Positions 11,960 to 26,964 of a DNA stretch of 64,000 nucleotides are shown one piece after another. Numbering within the stretch: the stretch's first letter is position 1; each line of letters begins with the position of its first letter. A program made the translations under genes and the position numbers. This DNA is from the human T2T-CHM13v2.0 reference genome, Homo sapiens. The stretch lies in assembly GCF_009914755.1 (NCBI RefSeq), contig NC_060927.1, one strand, 5' to 3'. Under the pieces are notes generated by a model. It searched no databases. It was not told the DNA's origin and was given only the letters and a program-made list of their open reading frames with translations.

Positions 11960-14900
11960 AGGAGACATCTGCTTCTTTCTAGGTTGATGAAAGGGACAAA
12001 AGAACATTGTTCCTACCTAACCACGAGAACCAGCTAGATAACCTATAATATAATTATTTAAAGTCCTCAGGGAGCTTATAATTCAAAAAATATAATAAAC
12101 CAAAATTTTAAAAACGTGATAAATCCCTTCTAGAGAAGAAAAGACACAAAGTTTCTTTCACCCTTGGCGGAGTAGCAGTAGGAGAAAGAATAGACATAGA
12201 TAAGACAAAGACAACTAAACATATAACACAGTTTTAAAAGACCAAGTATGAGTTTTTAAGATAATTTAACATCCCTAAGTCTCAGACTCAAGGGGAATCT
12301 GCACGTACTTGTCAATTCTTTTCTATGGGCTTTCACCTAGAGATCATGAGAGAGATTGCAGGCAGGAGAGCTGAAAGCGTCCTCTGCTGAAGCCTAGGCA
12401 CGTGAGACATGTGAAAGTCGGAGGGCTGGACAAGAAGAGCAAAGGAAACTCTAAGGATGACTCAGACTTTACACAAAGTACTAGGTATAACTCTATAACC
12501 AGGGGAGAGGCAGAGAGTTTTAAGAAAAGCATCCTCTTTGAGGCACCATAACTGCTCCAGGCACTTAACCCCTATGCCCATCAATAATTTAAAGCTGACA
12601 GTCTTTCGAATCTAACCAAATGAAACACAGGTCAAGATCCAGCTTTACAGATTTGATTGATTCCATGTCCCATAATTATAGCCTGACGGTAGAAGAAGCA
12701 TGCCTTTTCCAGGCATAAATATCATTTACTTCACTCTCTACTAGCCTTTTATAAGATGGTGTTCTGCAGCCAATCAAAATATACAAGTCACTGAAAGATG
12801 CCAGAAAATGTGACCTAGTCTCAAGAGGGGAAAGAATATATCCAAACTCAGAGATGACCCAAATAATAAAATTATCAGACAAGCCTTTAAAATTCATCAA
12901 GTAGTAAAATAAAATAATAAAACATATAAACAGATTGGAATTTTATCAGGCAGATAAAAATTATATAAAAGAGCAATAAACAACGCTAGATGTAAAAACA
13001 ATGATATCAAATAATAAGCTTTTTCAAGATGCTTATTAGCAGACTGAAGACAGCAGAATAAGCAATAAATATACCTGAAGATAAGTCAATAGAAATTAGT
13101 TAAACTGAAACAAAAGAGAAAATAAAAAATAATTTAAAAATGAACCAGAGCATTTGAAATCTGTGAGCCAGTAGCAAAACAAGTATATAGCTGGAGTTGC
13201 AGAAAAAGAAGTGAGAAAGAGGGGTACAGGAGAAACATTTGAAGAGATAATATCCAGGAGTGAAACAAAATTAATGAAAGACATAATCCAGAAGTCAAAT
13301 GAATTAAATAATTCACAAGCAGGATAAATACGAAACAGACATCACCTTGGTAAATTGTAGTCAACCTTCTGAAAGCTAATGATAAAAAGAAAATCTTGAA
13401 AGCAGCCAAAGGAAAGAGATGTCTTATGTTCAGGGAACAATGATAAAAATAATGGCTGAATTGACATAAGAAATAATGGAGGACAAGCATAAAGAATGTA
13501 CATTTTTATGTGCTGAAAGAAAAGAAAAAATTGCTAATTCTGAATTCTATATCCAAGAAAGTATTCCTTAAAAATGAATGTGAAGCAGACATTTTCAGAA
13601 TGACAAAATCTAGAAGCATTTGTCTACAGCAATCCTATAATATAAGAAATATTAAAAGTTAGTTCTAGGCTGAAACAAATTGATAACAGATAGAAATCAA
13701 GTTGGACAAGAAAATTTAATATTACACAAAGATGAATAACTCAAGAAAAAAATAATCTTAGACGTGTGTTCCCGTAACAACAAAGTTCGCAACATGTATA
13801 CCCAAAATGGACATACCTAAAAGTACAAAAAGAAATACAAGACCTAGCTTGAGACTTTTTACATCTTTTTCTGCAGTAATTGATAAAACAAGTAGAAAAA
13901 GAAAAGTATAGAAATTGGAGCAACATTAATTGATATTTATAGAATATTATATTCCCAAACAGCAAGAAGCATATTCTTCTTAATTATAAATGGAAAATTC
14001 ACCAAGAATGAACAATAAATCAAGTCTCAATAAGTTTAAAAGAGTCAAATCATATAGATTATACTCTTTGACCATAATGCTATCAAACTGTAAATAAGTG
14101 GCAAAAAGATATCTGAAAAATCTTCAAGTATTAGAAGTTAAACAATTAATTTTCCAATAAATCATATATTTATAGAAGAAATCCCAGTAAGTGTTTTAAA
14201 AATATTTCTAAATGAATGATTATAAAAACACAGTATTTCTAAATTAACAGGGTGCCACAGAATGTTTCAAAGAAAATACATATTTTAAATGCTTATATTA
14301 GAAAAAGTGAAAGATGCAAAATAAATGATAAGCTGCCACTTTAAGAAGATATACAAAGAAAAGCAAGTTAAAATTAAAAGAAAAATAGAATAATAAAAAT
14401 AATAGCAGAAATGAATGAAATAGAAAATAAACAGTAGCTAAAATTGACAGTCAAATGTTAGTAAATTTTGTTCCTCACAACTTGACTTACAGAAAAACTA
14501 AAGTCTTTGATATGGTTAACAAAATTGTTAAATCCATACGAAGACTGAGTATTAAAATAAAGAGAGAAAAAGGTGCAAGTCACCAATATCATGATGAAAG
14601 AGGGGACATCTTTACAGATGCTGCTGACATTTAAAGGATCATAACATTATGCCAATTAAATTGACAACTGAGGTGAAACGTGCATATTTTTTGAAGATCA
14701 CAGCTTCCCCAATTCAAAACAAGAAATAGAAAATTTTAGTAGATCTCTATCTATTTCATATTTTTGTAATTAAAAAGAAATCCCACAAAGAAATTCCTGA
14801 CACAAATAGTTTCAGTGGTGAATTCTGTAAATTGTTTAAGAAAGACATAATATCAATATCAAACAAAACTCTTCAGAAACTAGGGGAGGAAGGAGCATTT

Positions 14901-15372
14901 CCTAACTTGTTTTTGTGAAGTAAACGTAAGCCTGATAGAAAACCAGACAAATATATTATAATAAAATAAAACTGCAGACCAATGTTCCTCATGAACATAA
15001 CAGAATATTAGCAAATCCAATCCAGCAATTCATAAAAAAGGATAATACAATATAATGGTTCGTTTTATCTCTGAATTGTAAAATGGCTTAACAAAAAATC
15101 AATATAATCTGCTACCATTTTAAGAAAAATCATATGATGATGTAAATAGACATAGAAAACACCATTTGACAAAATGCAACACCAATTCATGACAAAAGCT
15201 ATAAGCAAACTAAAAAAAATAAATAGAACTTCCTTATCTACAAGAGGGCAGCTACAAAAATCTACAAGGCTCATCATAGCTAATGGTGAAGTATTAAACA
15301 CTCCTCCCACCTCAACATTGAGAAGAAAAAAGGAATGTCTCCTTTCAATGTTACTACTGAACATTGTACTAT
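11960..15372 (+). mobile_element. Ancient L1M (L1MC/MD-type): 5' UTR, ORF1 and partial ORF2, 3'-truncated
   Basis: ORF1-like aaatcttgaaagcagccaaaggaaagagatg. ORF2-like gaccataatgctatcaaactg, cagaccaatgttcctcatgaacata and ggaatgtctcctttcaatgttactactgaacattgtact. Confidence 0.85.
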
Positions 15373-15424
15373 ACCAGTGGAAGTGGGGTCACATCTGTCC
15401 AAAAACATCTGAAGGGAGTGGTGT

Positions 15425-15510
15425 TAGCCAGAGAACTACTAGAGTGGGATACAGTATTCCACTGTAGTATACTATAGAAACTGTATCCCACTGTGGTAGC
15501 TCTCTGGCTA
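15425..15510. repeat. 86-bp near-perfect inverted repeat (hairpin)
   Basis: Left arm tagccagagaactactagagtgggatacagt and reverse complement of the right arm tagccagagagctaccacagtgggatacagt match 28/31. The inner part ctgtagtatactatag is itself palindromic. Confidence 0.95.
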
Positions 15511-16249
15511 CAGATTACTTGTAGCCGTAATATCCTATAAGGTATAGAGTGGTTTTGTGCAGATAATTTCTAAGCAATTTTAACCTGGGTTTATGTCACA
15601 TAGGTGAATCATAGTTTCCAGAGAACAAAAACAACATAGATTACCTGGTTTTCTGAAATCTATATTCATCTTTAATGAACCACAGGTTTAATACTCCCTG
15701 TTATTACAAGGCTGAATCAACAGGCCATCACAAAGTACATTGAGATCATATATTAACCATAACAGCACACAGAAGAAGGAGGTTAAAACCATATAATCTC
15801 AATTAATTTAATTTGTAATTTCTGAAGTACTTGGTGCAAGATGATAACTTTATAACATACTTCAAGTATACCAGTTTTGAAAGCTACAACAGGATATTTT
15901 ATGGTTCCAATAGTGTCCTACTAATCATAATTGTGCAAAATACTGTAGAAAGTTATATAGAGATCTAAGAGCTAAATGTGACTTTTATTTATTTTTCAAT
16001 AGCAGAAAAAATCCCACTAATACTCTAGTAGGGATCTAAATGGAAAGAAGGCATTTTAATAACACTATTCTCAGTCAAAAGGAAGAATAAATACCATACA
16101 TGAGAAACAGCCAATAAACGCCAATTGTAGTGCCTTTAAATAAAATTTGAAGTATAAATTGAGTGACAAAATTTTATGCTAATACATTGGAAAAGAGTGA
16201 ACTGCTTAATTTTATGAATGTGCTTTTCCAATCAGATTAGAGTCATTCA

Positions 16250-16980
16250 TTCACTTTCCCCTGAGCAATTACTAATGGAGAAACAACCAGATGCCTAATA
16301 CTGTATTCAGTAATGAAAATTAGAAATGGAAAAGTATGTAAGCCATGGCCTGCCTCCAATTTGGTGTAATAAATAGAATAAAAAACTGACAGATTATTAT
16401 AATACCACTTTATAGTCAGTATTCCAGATATATGAACAGATGTTGCAAATTATACAACATAAAGTTAAGTTTGACTTGAAGAGTTGAGGCTGTGTTACCT
16501 TTCTCACTCGTTTGCTTCCAAGTGAGGTTTGCACAGAAAACTAGGAGGAGTTTGCTATGTGAGAAAGGGGAGAAAGAGCATTCCAGGTACAGAGTAAAGC
16601 ATCCACGGGTTTAAATGATGCCCAGCTCATTTGGGAAACCTAAAATATTGGGAGCCCCTGTTATACCTTTCAGAGAGCAGCAGGTCTTGGGGAAATGGGA
16701 AGGGAGAGATGGAGCTTGAAACAGAAGCTGCAGCAAAGTTGCAAATGACAATGATGTGGAAGCCTAGGTTAAAGTGGGATTTAATTCCAAAGACAAGCAA
16801 CAGAGAAGCAGCATTTTAAAACCAGGAGTTACATAGCAGATTATGTTCTTAGGGAGAACATTTTGTGGCAATTCATCAGATGGGTTTAACTAGGGAGAGT
16901 CTTGTGGGAGGATGGCCAGTCAGTGGGCTGAAGCAGTATTTCAAGTGAGAATGGACTTCTTCAGCAATAATGGTGGCATC
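16250..16980 (-). mobile_element. L2 remnant
   Basis: cattcattcac..., gagaaagagcattccaggtacagagtaaagcat and gcagtatttcaagtgagaatgg are L2-like blocks. Confidence 0.55.
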
Positions 16981-18184
16981 AAAAATGAAATTCTATACTA
17001 TTGCTATGTACATGTGCACTGCTGATATTTAAAATATATTTTGTTCAGTGCATCAGCAACCCCTTTTCTGTCATTTTTTTCTTTATTAATTGTCTTTTCT
17101 TTCACCTGTATAGCCAAATACTCATCCTTTGCTCTAAGTGTTAAAACGATCTGTGCTTTATTCTCCATGTGAACATCTGAATGATTTAAAACAATGGAAT
17201 TTTAGTTAAAGATACTGGAATCTCTTCAGCATGTGCTAAAGCACTTTAAGAGATAAAAATCCCTAATAATGCCAATCTTCTTCCCATCCTCTTTCTATTT
17301 GATTTTGTTGAAAGAAGAAAATGATATAATAAGAGGATTACGATTTTTCTTGATCCGAATTATAATTTTATGTTCTTTCAAAAACAGTAGGATTCACGTG
17401 TAGGTTTGAGTGGGAAGCTGATGCACGCTACTGATCATTTTATCAACAGGGAAAAATAAATGAGATCAAAGATCCAAAAATTAGATTTTTAATTTGCAGT
17501 TTTATAACAAGTTTTTCCAAATAATACATACATCTTAAATTGCTGAGGTCATTTTTTTTTAATTTTTGCAAAACACAATGCCTGGCAAAATAGAGTGTAT
17601 AAACTTACGGTCATGTTTGATAAAAACAGCTGATTAATGATGGAATTTAAACAACACAATACTGTGCTCAAAATTTAAATGGCTCCCTCATCTGTTCCTC
17701 TCAAATTCAAGCAAATTTTCATGTCAGCACAGGACCTTGATCTGTTATTTTCCAAGGAACCACATTTAAGTCAGGTAAACCTATTTATGTTCCCAGATAA
17801 TGTGTAATTCCTAGGGGTGTGTGCAGTGCTGTAGGTATAAGTGTGAAGGATAACGGAGAAAGAGGTACATTCTCCCACTAGGGTTTGATGACAGGCTACT
17901 GTAACCTCCTACCAGAGAGAATTGGTCGGTTTGTGCAGCCTGCTCACAACCCTTAGCCTGAGCATACATGTCAGCTCTGTGAGGAGCGGTGAAGAGCTTT
18001 CTCATCTATGTATCTTACCAGTAAACAGCATAGATGCTTAATAACTACTTACTCAATCAAATTAGTCTTACATGCCCACAGTGCCTAATGTGTGGAGCAT
18101 TTTCCCCATCCTCCCAATGTCAAAGACAGTTTAAAAGGGCTGCCTTGAAGGAAAAATAAAATCTACATATTTAAAAAATGTAGT

Positions 18185-18574
18185 TGTGTTAGTCCGCTCT
18201 CGCATTGCTGTAAAGAAATACTGGAAACTGGGTAATTTATAAAGAAAAGAGGTTTAAGTGGCTCATGGTTCTGCAGGCTTTACAGGAAGCAAGATACTGG
18301 CATCTGCTTGGCTTCATGATGGAAGGCAAGAGGAGCAGGCACATCACATGGCCAGAGCAGGAGCAACAGAGCAAGCAGAGAGGTGCTACACAATTTTAGA
18401 TCACCAGATCTTATGGGAACAAACTTACTATCGCAAGGACAGTACCAAGTAGGATGGTGTTAAACCATTCATGAGAAACACACCTCCATGATCCAAACAC
18501 CTCCCACCAGGCCAACATTGGGGATTACATTTCAATATGAGATTTGGGCAGGGACACACAGCCAAACTATATCA
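18185..18574 (-). mobile_element. MSTA-like MaLR solo LTR
   Basis: tgtgttagtccgctctcgcattgctgtaaagaaatac...gggacacacagccaaactatatca. Flanks gtagt/gaagt form a 4/5 TSD. Confidence 0.92.
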
Positions 18575-18816
18575 GAAGTCTTGGAGGTGAGTGTGGAAGA
18601 AAGGGGCACTTGATGAACCTTTATTTTGAATGAGTCCTGTAGCAAACTAAGCTTAAACTGTAAGCAAGTTTCCTAGCCTCACTTCATTGAATTTGTTTCT
18701 GCATCTGTCATAAAGCAGCAGATTTCTTCCATCTCTTCAATGACATGACACTGATTCACTGAGATTGGGATAATGATGAAAAGACAGGGAAACAGAGAAC
18801 ATTAGTTGTGTTCGTG

Positions 18817-18838
18817 CACACACACACACACACACACA
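18817..18838. repeat. (CA)n microsatellite
   Basis: About 11 CA units. Confidence 0.9.
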
Positions 18839-19467
18839 GACAACTACATTTATTCTACTATCTCCCCTCTACTCTATTCCATATAAGATATGATGCTTTA
18901 GGAGGGATGTGGATTGTTTGAGGTTATCTCTCACATTGTAAGTGACAAAAAGGCAGCTCCGTGCAGGGGGATAAGCTTCCGTTGCTCTTATGTCCGTCCA
19001 TTTCATGTAATAATAAAGGTGAGATTGCTCAGGACATTGAAGATATAATTTGGCCAAGTATAAACAGCACCAAAAATTGCTGAATATGAGGATGATTACG
19101 CTGTCAGCAGAGCTATGAGTGCAGGTTTGTGGATAACAAGTAATCACAGTATTCCACAGGCTGAATTGCCTCCTCTGTTCATAAGGAGCAGCCAGTGACA
19201 TTTAACTCATTCTCATCTTTGTTATCTCAAAGTTTATATACTGGGTGACGTGAAGTTTCTTATCACTACCAGTATAGTTTAACTTTGTATTGCATCACTA
19301 TTGTAAACACTGCTTATGTTACAGTGATTGCTTACATTGAAAAGTTTTGGAGATACATGACGGGGAAAGCATGAAAAGAAATATGTGGATAGTAGTCTTA
19401 GATGCACTTCTGCATCTAATTTTTTTTCCATTGAAAAAGATAAAATAACGAATACATAGCTGCTCGG

Positions 19468-19819
19468 TTTTTTTTTTTTTTAATTATACTTTGAGTTCTG
19501 GGATACATGTGCAGAACATACAGGTTTGTTACATAGGTGTACATGTGCCAAGGTGGTTTGCTACACCCATCAACCCATCAGCTAGGTTTTGATCCCCACA
19601 TGCATTAGGTATTTGTCCTAATGCTCTCCCTGCCCTTGCCCCCCACCTCCCCAGCAGGCCCCAGTGTGTGATGTTCCCCTCCCTGTATCCATGCGTTCTC
19701 ATTGTTCAACTCCCACTTATGAGTGAGAGCATGCGGTGTTTGGTTTTCTGTTCCTGTGTTAGTTTGCTGAGAATGATGGTTTCCAGCTTCACTCATGTCC
19801 CTGCAAAGGACATGAACTC
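19468..19819 (-). mobile_element. 5'-truncated L1PA (L1PA8-like) 3' end
   Basis: Poly-T then attatactttgagttctgggatacatgtgcagaac...ctaggttttgatccccacatgcattaggtatttgtcctaatgctctcc. Confidence 0.93.
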
Positions 19820-20061
19820 GGTGGTTTTAAAATTAAATCTAGCACATAAAACTACATAACAGGTCCCACCCTCAAGTCGTGATTTATAGTAGAATTCCTT
19901 GGGACTGACAGAACAACTAAGATCTAGAAAACTTTCTTGTAGTTTTTGAAAACTACCCAATTTCAAAGTTACAAATATTTATTATTCCTAGAGAAACTAG
20001 AAGTTTAGAGGTAGCCTGTGTCATGGGGAAATCTTTGCAAAGAGGTGGTGTGTGCTTTCCT

Positions 20062-20235
20062 GTGCTTTCCAAAATGTAATGTGTTTTTGAAGTACCGGGA
20101 CCTGGGGGATCTTATTAAAATGCAGATTTAGGTTCAGTAGCTCTGGCATAGGGCCTGAGACTCTAGAATTGTTAACAAGCTCCCAGGAGAGGCCAGTGCT
20201 GCTGCTTAGTGGAACACACTTTGAGTGGCAAGGAT
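20062..20235. mobile_element. MER5-family hAT-Charlie DNA transposon
   Basis: gatcttattaaaatgcagatttaggttcagtag...ttaacaagctcccagg...cacactttgagtggcaagg. Confidence 0.8.
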
Positions 20236-23200
20236 ATGGACACCTCCCTTACCAAGGAACACTAGTTTAGCTAATTTCTTACTATCTAAGCTGTGTTAAA
20301 GATGAAGTTGTGGGAGCTTGTTTTGGCAGGTGTTATCTCAACTGTATCTCTAGTAGCTCAGTGCTTGGTGTATGTCGGTGTTAATAAATATTTGCTGAAC
20401 TACTAATGTCGACTATGAAGGTTGATACAAACAAGCTCTCACAACTGTGATAGTAAGAACTGTGTTAAATAGTAAGGATAGTGAGAACTGTGAAAAAAGT
20501 GAGTCATTTACAATCTCTGGTGAAATACTATTTAAAGGTAAATAGTCACAGAATATTTTTCTTTGATTAATACAGGTGTTAATTCATATATATTTATGGG
20601 AAGCAAATTGAGCATTTGGAATATGAGTGTGGAGATTTTTAATCACAAACTTATTTTAAGTCATGTTTAGAAATATGAAGGGTAAGTGTGTCAAGCTGTG
20701 CTATTCACATACTCACAAAAATATGTGAATAATTTTATGAGTCTTTGTGTATAATTCTTTTTAAGTATCTTTTTAATAAATATACAAACTGTAAATATAC
20801 TGATGTTATTAAATGTCAACATATGGGCAAACAGATTTCTTAATAATTTTTTATAACAATTGTTTATTAAATAAATTCTACTCTATCAAAACAGAATTCT
20901 TACTATACTCTTATAGTATATACAAATCTATCTTTTTTTAATCCAATGAGAAAGTCAATTTTTTTAGAAGATACACATAGCCTTTCATTTAACTACAAAA
21001 TGAGAATATGGAAGATATATAGATAAATCTGCCACCTAATGTTAGGTAGTTTGAACTTACGTGGTTTGGTAAACAATGAAGCTAAACAGCTATAATAATA
21101 ATGTGAAGGGAAGCATATACTGGTATAATAGCTGTGTATATACTTACTTTACTATTATTGACATTTAACACATTTGAGGAAAGGTTAAAAATTATATACA
21201 CATTATAAAAGGTATTTGTTTCATTATTGCCTCCAAAGAAGTTACAGTGAGCTTGATTTTTAATTTGTTTTGAAACCTAAAAACACATTAAACACATATA
21301 GGTGGTTTGTTTATTTTAAATTTAGAAAAGGAATTGATATATTGACTGTAAGTTTCTGTCATAGTTTCTTTCATGATCATAAAATACTTTATTTTCAAAG
21401 TTAGACTATGTAGATAATGGCTCCCTCTACTGGTCAAACTATGTTGGTGATATGTATGTAAAGTACTTGAACAACCTAAATTTCACCACACTGAAAAAGA
21501 AAACATTTGGCACTCACAGGAATAACCGTTAACTACATTTCTAATACACTGTCATTGTCTGAAAACAAAAAGAATTTGGTATGTAGTTAAAGTTTTATTC
21601 TTTGCTTTATGTGAAAGTAATTCTCTTCCTTGTGTATTTATTAGCAATAAAAAACCTAAAGATATCACTTAACTAGAAGACTAAAGTTATATCTTAACTA
21701 AAAGACTAAAGATAACTCTAAAAGTAATGAAGACGTAGGGATAACCAAAAGCATCTATTTGATTACAAAAAAATAACTTTATCTTACAGCAATTATGACT
21801 CATTTCTAAGCTAAATTATATAATGTAATATCAGCTTTTTTTCCTCCTTTAATTACAGATGTTGCCTAGATTGCTTCTAGCTGAACAGTGTTTATTTTGG
21901 CCCCATATGCTTTATCTTTTCAGAAAAATTATGCATTTTCTGAAAGGAAGGGACATGTCTTATGTTCCTAATTATATACTCAAAATTTTAATTAATTCAA
22001 TTAATTTTTCTGATTTTATAAAACCTAATATTGCTAACTATTGCTCCAAGTTGTTCATAAATTAATTTAAGCCAGAGAGCATAGAAACTATGTTTTGTTC
22101 CAATGCTAATATGTAACCTTATTTTAGACCATGTATAGAGCGTACTAAGGTAATTAAAAAAATACTTGCATAGTATATTATCTGTTTCTTATTTATTTAG
22201 AATATTTTCATTAACATTTTTTCTTCTTTTTAAAATCTGGTTCGCTACCATATGAGGACTTTCTATGATTTTAAAAATTAACTACTTGGCAAATCCCAAG
22301 CTTTTGTTCTACTTGCTGGTAACAGTTACCAAATTCTTCTATGTTGGAGTGGGAGTGGAACACAAGCATGTGAAGTTATTGTCTCAGCAAAATTCACATG
22401 GTTATTACTTGGTAGATTGCCTCTTGAATGTCAAATCATAGTTCATTCAACTAGAGCTATCTTAGTGATGCCTTTTAAGGTTTATAGGACCAAATTTTTG
22501 CTACACCTGGCATCCTTCAACATCCCTTCACAAAAGATATTTCTGTACTCAAACTCAGATTGTGAATTCTGCCTATCGTTGTGGAACTAATAATTTTCTT
22601 TTTGAATTACATTCATTTTTTATTCTTTTTTCTCTGGTTATTCCTCAATCCATCAACAGTTGAGCTCCCAGAAGATTAATACATGCAATTTACAATTGAA
22701 TTACAACATTTCCAATACAATCCTCTTGGAACTGTTAGATTCAGAGTGCTCCCTTTTGATGCTATTCTCTTAAAAATATTATTACTGACATTTTCATAAT
22801 CTCTTGCAAATAAAACATCGGTAATAGTTCAGACGAGCATATTACATTAACTACGAAGTATACATCATTGGTATGAACACATTTTGGGAAGTCAGGTTTG
22901 TAATAAAAACTACAAAAAAATACAAATTCCTCCATTCATAATAAAGATTTGCTCTTTTGAATATCACCTTAACAAGATGACAGGAAAAAAAAAACTGTGT
23001 TTCTATGTATAGATTATAAATCCATTTAAAATTATAATGGCCTTTGAGCTTTTCTAAATGTAAAAATATTACCATAAATGGTTCTCAAAGCAAAAAGTAT
23101 TATGCAAATAAAATGGGTATCTAGAATTAGAACTTTGGGAGGAAGTAGTTAGTGGTATGAAAAAGTTTAACTGATGCTGAACATTTAACAAGAGAAGTGA

Positions 23201-23854
23201 ATAATTTTACTTTTTACTCAGTTTTTCCTGATGGAAGAGCAGGTTCAATAGCCAAAAATGGCCTTTAATTTTTAATTAAATGTAAGCCTGAAAGACCTGT
23301 GGTTTGAAGACACCTTTGGGCATGATTTAATAGCCTATTAATACTTGTCTAAATCTTGTTTTTCAGCATAGCGCACATTAATGGAGCTCCCAAAAATTCG
23401 TAAGAATATATCTATATATAATACAAGTGATTCCATCTTAGGATTTTGAAGTATTCTGGAGGTCACCTAATGCAATCTTTAGTCAGTGAGTTAATCCTGT
23501 GCCATTTCTAATAAATAGTCATTTATCTTGTTCTTGAACATTGTTAGTATTGGGTAATTTACAGCTTTTTAAGGTATTAGTGAAGAGATATAACTTCAAT
23601 GTTTACATGTTATATGAAAAAGTGTCTCCTTTTAAATTCTATCCATTGATCCTATTTTTGCTTTTTGGGAAGAGTTGGTAGGATTACTCCATACTTCTTC
23701 AACCATTTCTCATATGGCATAATCACAAAATACTGCGTTTCTCTGGTTTCCTATTTCAGAATGTTTCTTAGTTTGTTAATGTTTTCCTAAATATCTAGTC
23801 AAGAGTTGGGCAAATTTTAAGTGCAGTAAATAAAAATAGATAACTGAGAAATAA

Positions 23855-24201
<347 letters not shown>

Positions 24202-25211
24202 ACAAATAGATCTCTTAAATCTGTGTATTTGATATTATATCCATATACTCAAATATTTTTATAACATTTTATTATAAATGAAAAACATTAAGTAATACTA
24301 GTATTTAGAATAGCTTACGTCTAAGCTGCCCATGGTCATATTAGTAACATTTCACAAAAATTATATATTGGGACAAGGCAGAAATTGATAACTAATCACA
24401 AAAGGTATTGTGTAAGATTATTAAAGAGATTCATAGATTTTTAAATTAAAAATCAGAAGACTCCAGACACTCGGTCTCCCTCCCAAAAGCAAGTCACTTT
24501 TACCAGTCTATGTACCTCCTAATTTTCTGTTGCTTTTTAGAAATGCTTTCTCTCATGACAATAAGTTTTAAACAATGCTTCATGTAAATAAAGTAATTGA
24601 CAGGCAAAATGACAATGAAGAAGGAAGAAATGGAATTATCTTGGAGATTTGAATTGCTTTCACTTGGACATTTAATAATTTCTTTTACAAAAGACATAGG
24701 ATATTTACACTTTGGAATTTTCAGTTTCAAAGATGGGAAGGATAAATTTGTTTCCTGCTGAGAAAATTTTCAAAGAAGTTTTAGAGTTTTCAAAATAGTT
24801 ATAGCCAACAATCCTAAAGATTTCTTTCTCAAGTAGTATGAAATGGTTTGCAAACTAATCATTTGATAGAGATTATAGTTTTTTTCCATAGGAAATGGCT
24901 TTTTAGATCTAAATTGACAGTGCTGCACTGTCTTTACTTATTCCTCTGATTGTTTATAGATATTATGAATCCCTTGGATGCAGAAATTTTAGGGAGAGTG
25001 ATAATAGCTTTATGAGGAGTGGATGGACTCACAATTAGATCATCTAAAATATTATATATGCTATAAAATGCACTTTGCTGAATTGATTTTTTCATTAAAT
25101 AATTACTGCTGAACACAACTTCTTGAGTAAACAGGTGCCAAAATTTACTAATTTTTTGTTATATCTCAAAAGAAAGCTAAAGTTCATTGCCATAATATGA
25201 ACTTACTGTAT

Positions 25212-25223
25212 ACTCACATGGTG

Positions 25224-25255
<32 letters not shown>

Positions 25256-25411
25256 AGAGAGACTCCCTTCTTATAAGGGCACTAATCCCATCATAAGGGC
25301 TTCATCCTCATGAGGCAATCATTTCCCAAAGTACATATCTTCAAATTCCATTACATTGGAGATTTATGTTTCAATATGATTTTGGGGTACACAAGCATTC
25401 CATCCATAGCA
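25212..25411 (-). mobile_element. MLT1A-like LTR fragment with (GA)n
   Basis: ctcacatggtggaga(ga)n...cttataagggcactaatcccatcat...cacaagcattccatccatagca. Confidence 0.8.
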
Positions 25412-25747
25412 TTCTTCAAAATGGATCATAAACCTACATGTAAAATACAAAACTTTAAAACTCTTAGAAGATAATATAGCAGGAAACCTAGATGACTTTG
25501 GTGATGGGGATGACTTTTTAGTTACAACACCAAAGGCACAACCTATGAAAGAAAAAATTGATGAGATAGACTTCATTAATATTAAAAACTTCTATGTTAA
25601 AAAAGACACTGTCAAGAAAATAAGACAAGCTGCAAACTGGAAAAAACATTTGCAAAACCACAGCCAATAAAGGACTTCTATTCAAGATATACAAAGAACT
25701 CTTAAAATCCATCAATAACAAATTAAAAATTCCAATAGAAAATGGGC

Positions 25748-25892
25748 TGGAACCAGGTGCAGGAGCACATACCTGTAGTCCCAGCTACTTGAGAGAATGA
25801 GATTTAGAAGTTGCTTGAGCCCAGGAGTTTGAGGCCAGCCTAGAAAATATGGCAAGACCCTGTCCATAAAACAAACAAACAAACAAAACAAA
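25748..25892 (+). mobile_element. FLAM (Alu monomer)
   Basis: cctgtagtcccagctact...gcttgagcccaggagtttgaggccagcc...gcaagaccctgtc followed by an (AAAC)n tail. Confidence 0.85.
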
Positions 25893-26552
25893 TTAAAAAA
25901 ATCAAAAGGGCCAAAGATTTTAAGACACCTTACCAAAGAAGATATATATACAGATGGCCGACAAGCATATGAAAAGATGCTTCATATCACATGTCATTAG
26001 GGAAATGAAAATTAAAACTACAATATTATACCACTATATACTCATTAGAATGGCCAAAATCCAGAACACTGACAAAACCAAATGCTGACCAGGATGGTGG
26101 AGCAACAGGAACTCTCATCGCTGGTGGGAATATAAAGTGGTACAGCCACTTTGAAAGAAAATTTCGCAGTTTCATACAAAACTAAGCATAACACTTTCCA
26201 TATCACCCAACAATGATACTTCCTGATGTTCCCCTAAATAGGCTGCAAACTTAAATTCTCACTAAAATCTGCACATAGATATTTATAGCAGCTTTCTTCA
26301 TAATTGCCAAAACCTGGAAGCAACCAAGATATCCTTCAGTAGGTGAATGGATAAACAAACTGTGATACATCTAGAGGATGGAATATTATTCAACACCAAA
26401 AACAATAAACTATCAAGCCATGAAAAGACACAGAGGAAACTTAAATGTATATTGCTAAGTCCAAGAAGCCAGTGTGAAAAGTCTATGTAGTGTATGATTA
26501 CAACTATATGACATTCAAAGAAGCCAGCGTGAAAAATCTACATGGTGTATGA

Positions 26553-26964
<412 letters not shown>

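Noticed and set aside
21668-21718. ~25-bp imperfect tandem duplication (cttaactagaagactaaag...)
   Set aside because: Ordinary short slippage duplication.
21832-22065. Strong plus-strand acceptor (cttttttttcctcctttaattacag) followed by a 68-aa ORF
   Set aside because: No convincing donor, no partner exons, and a low-complexity AT-driven peptide.
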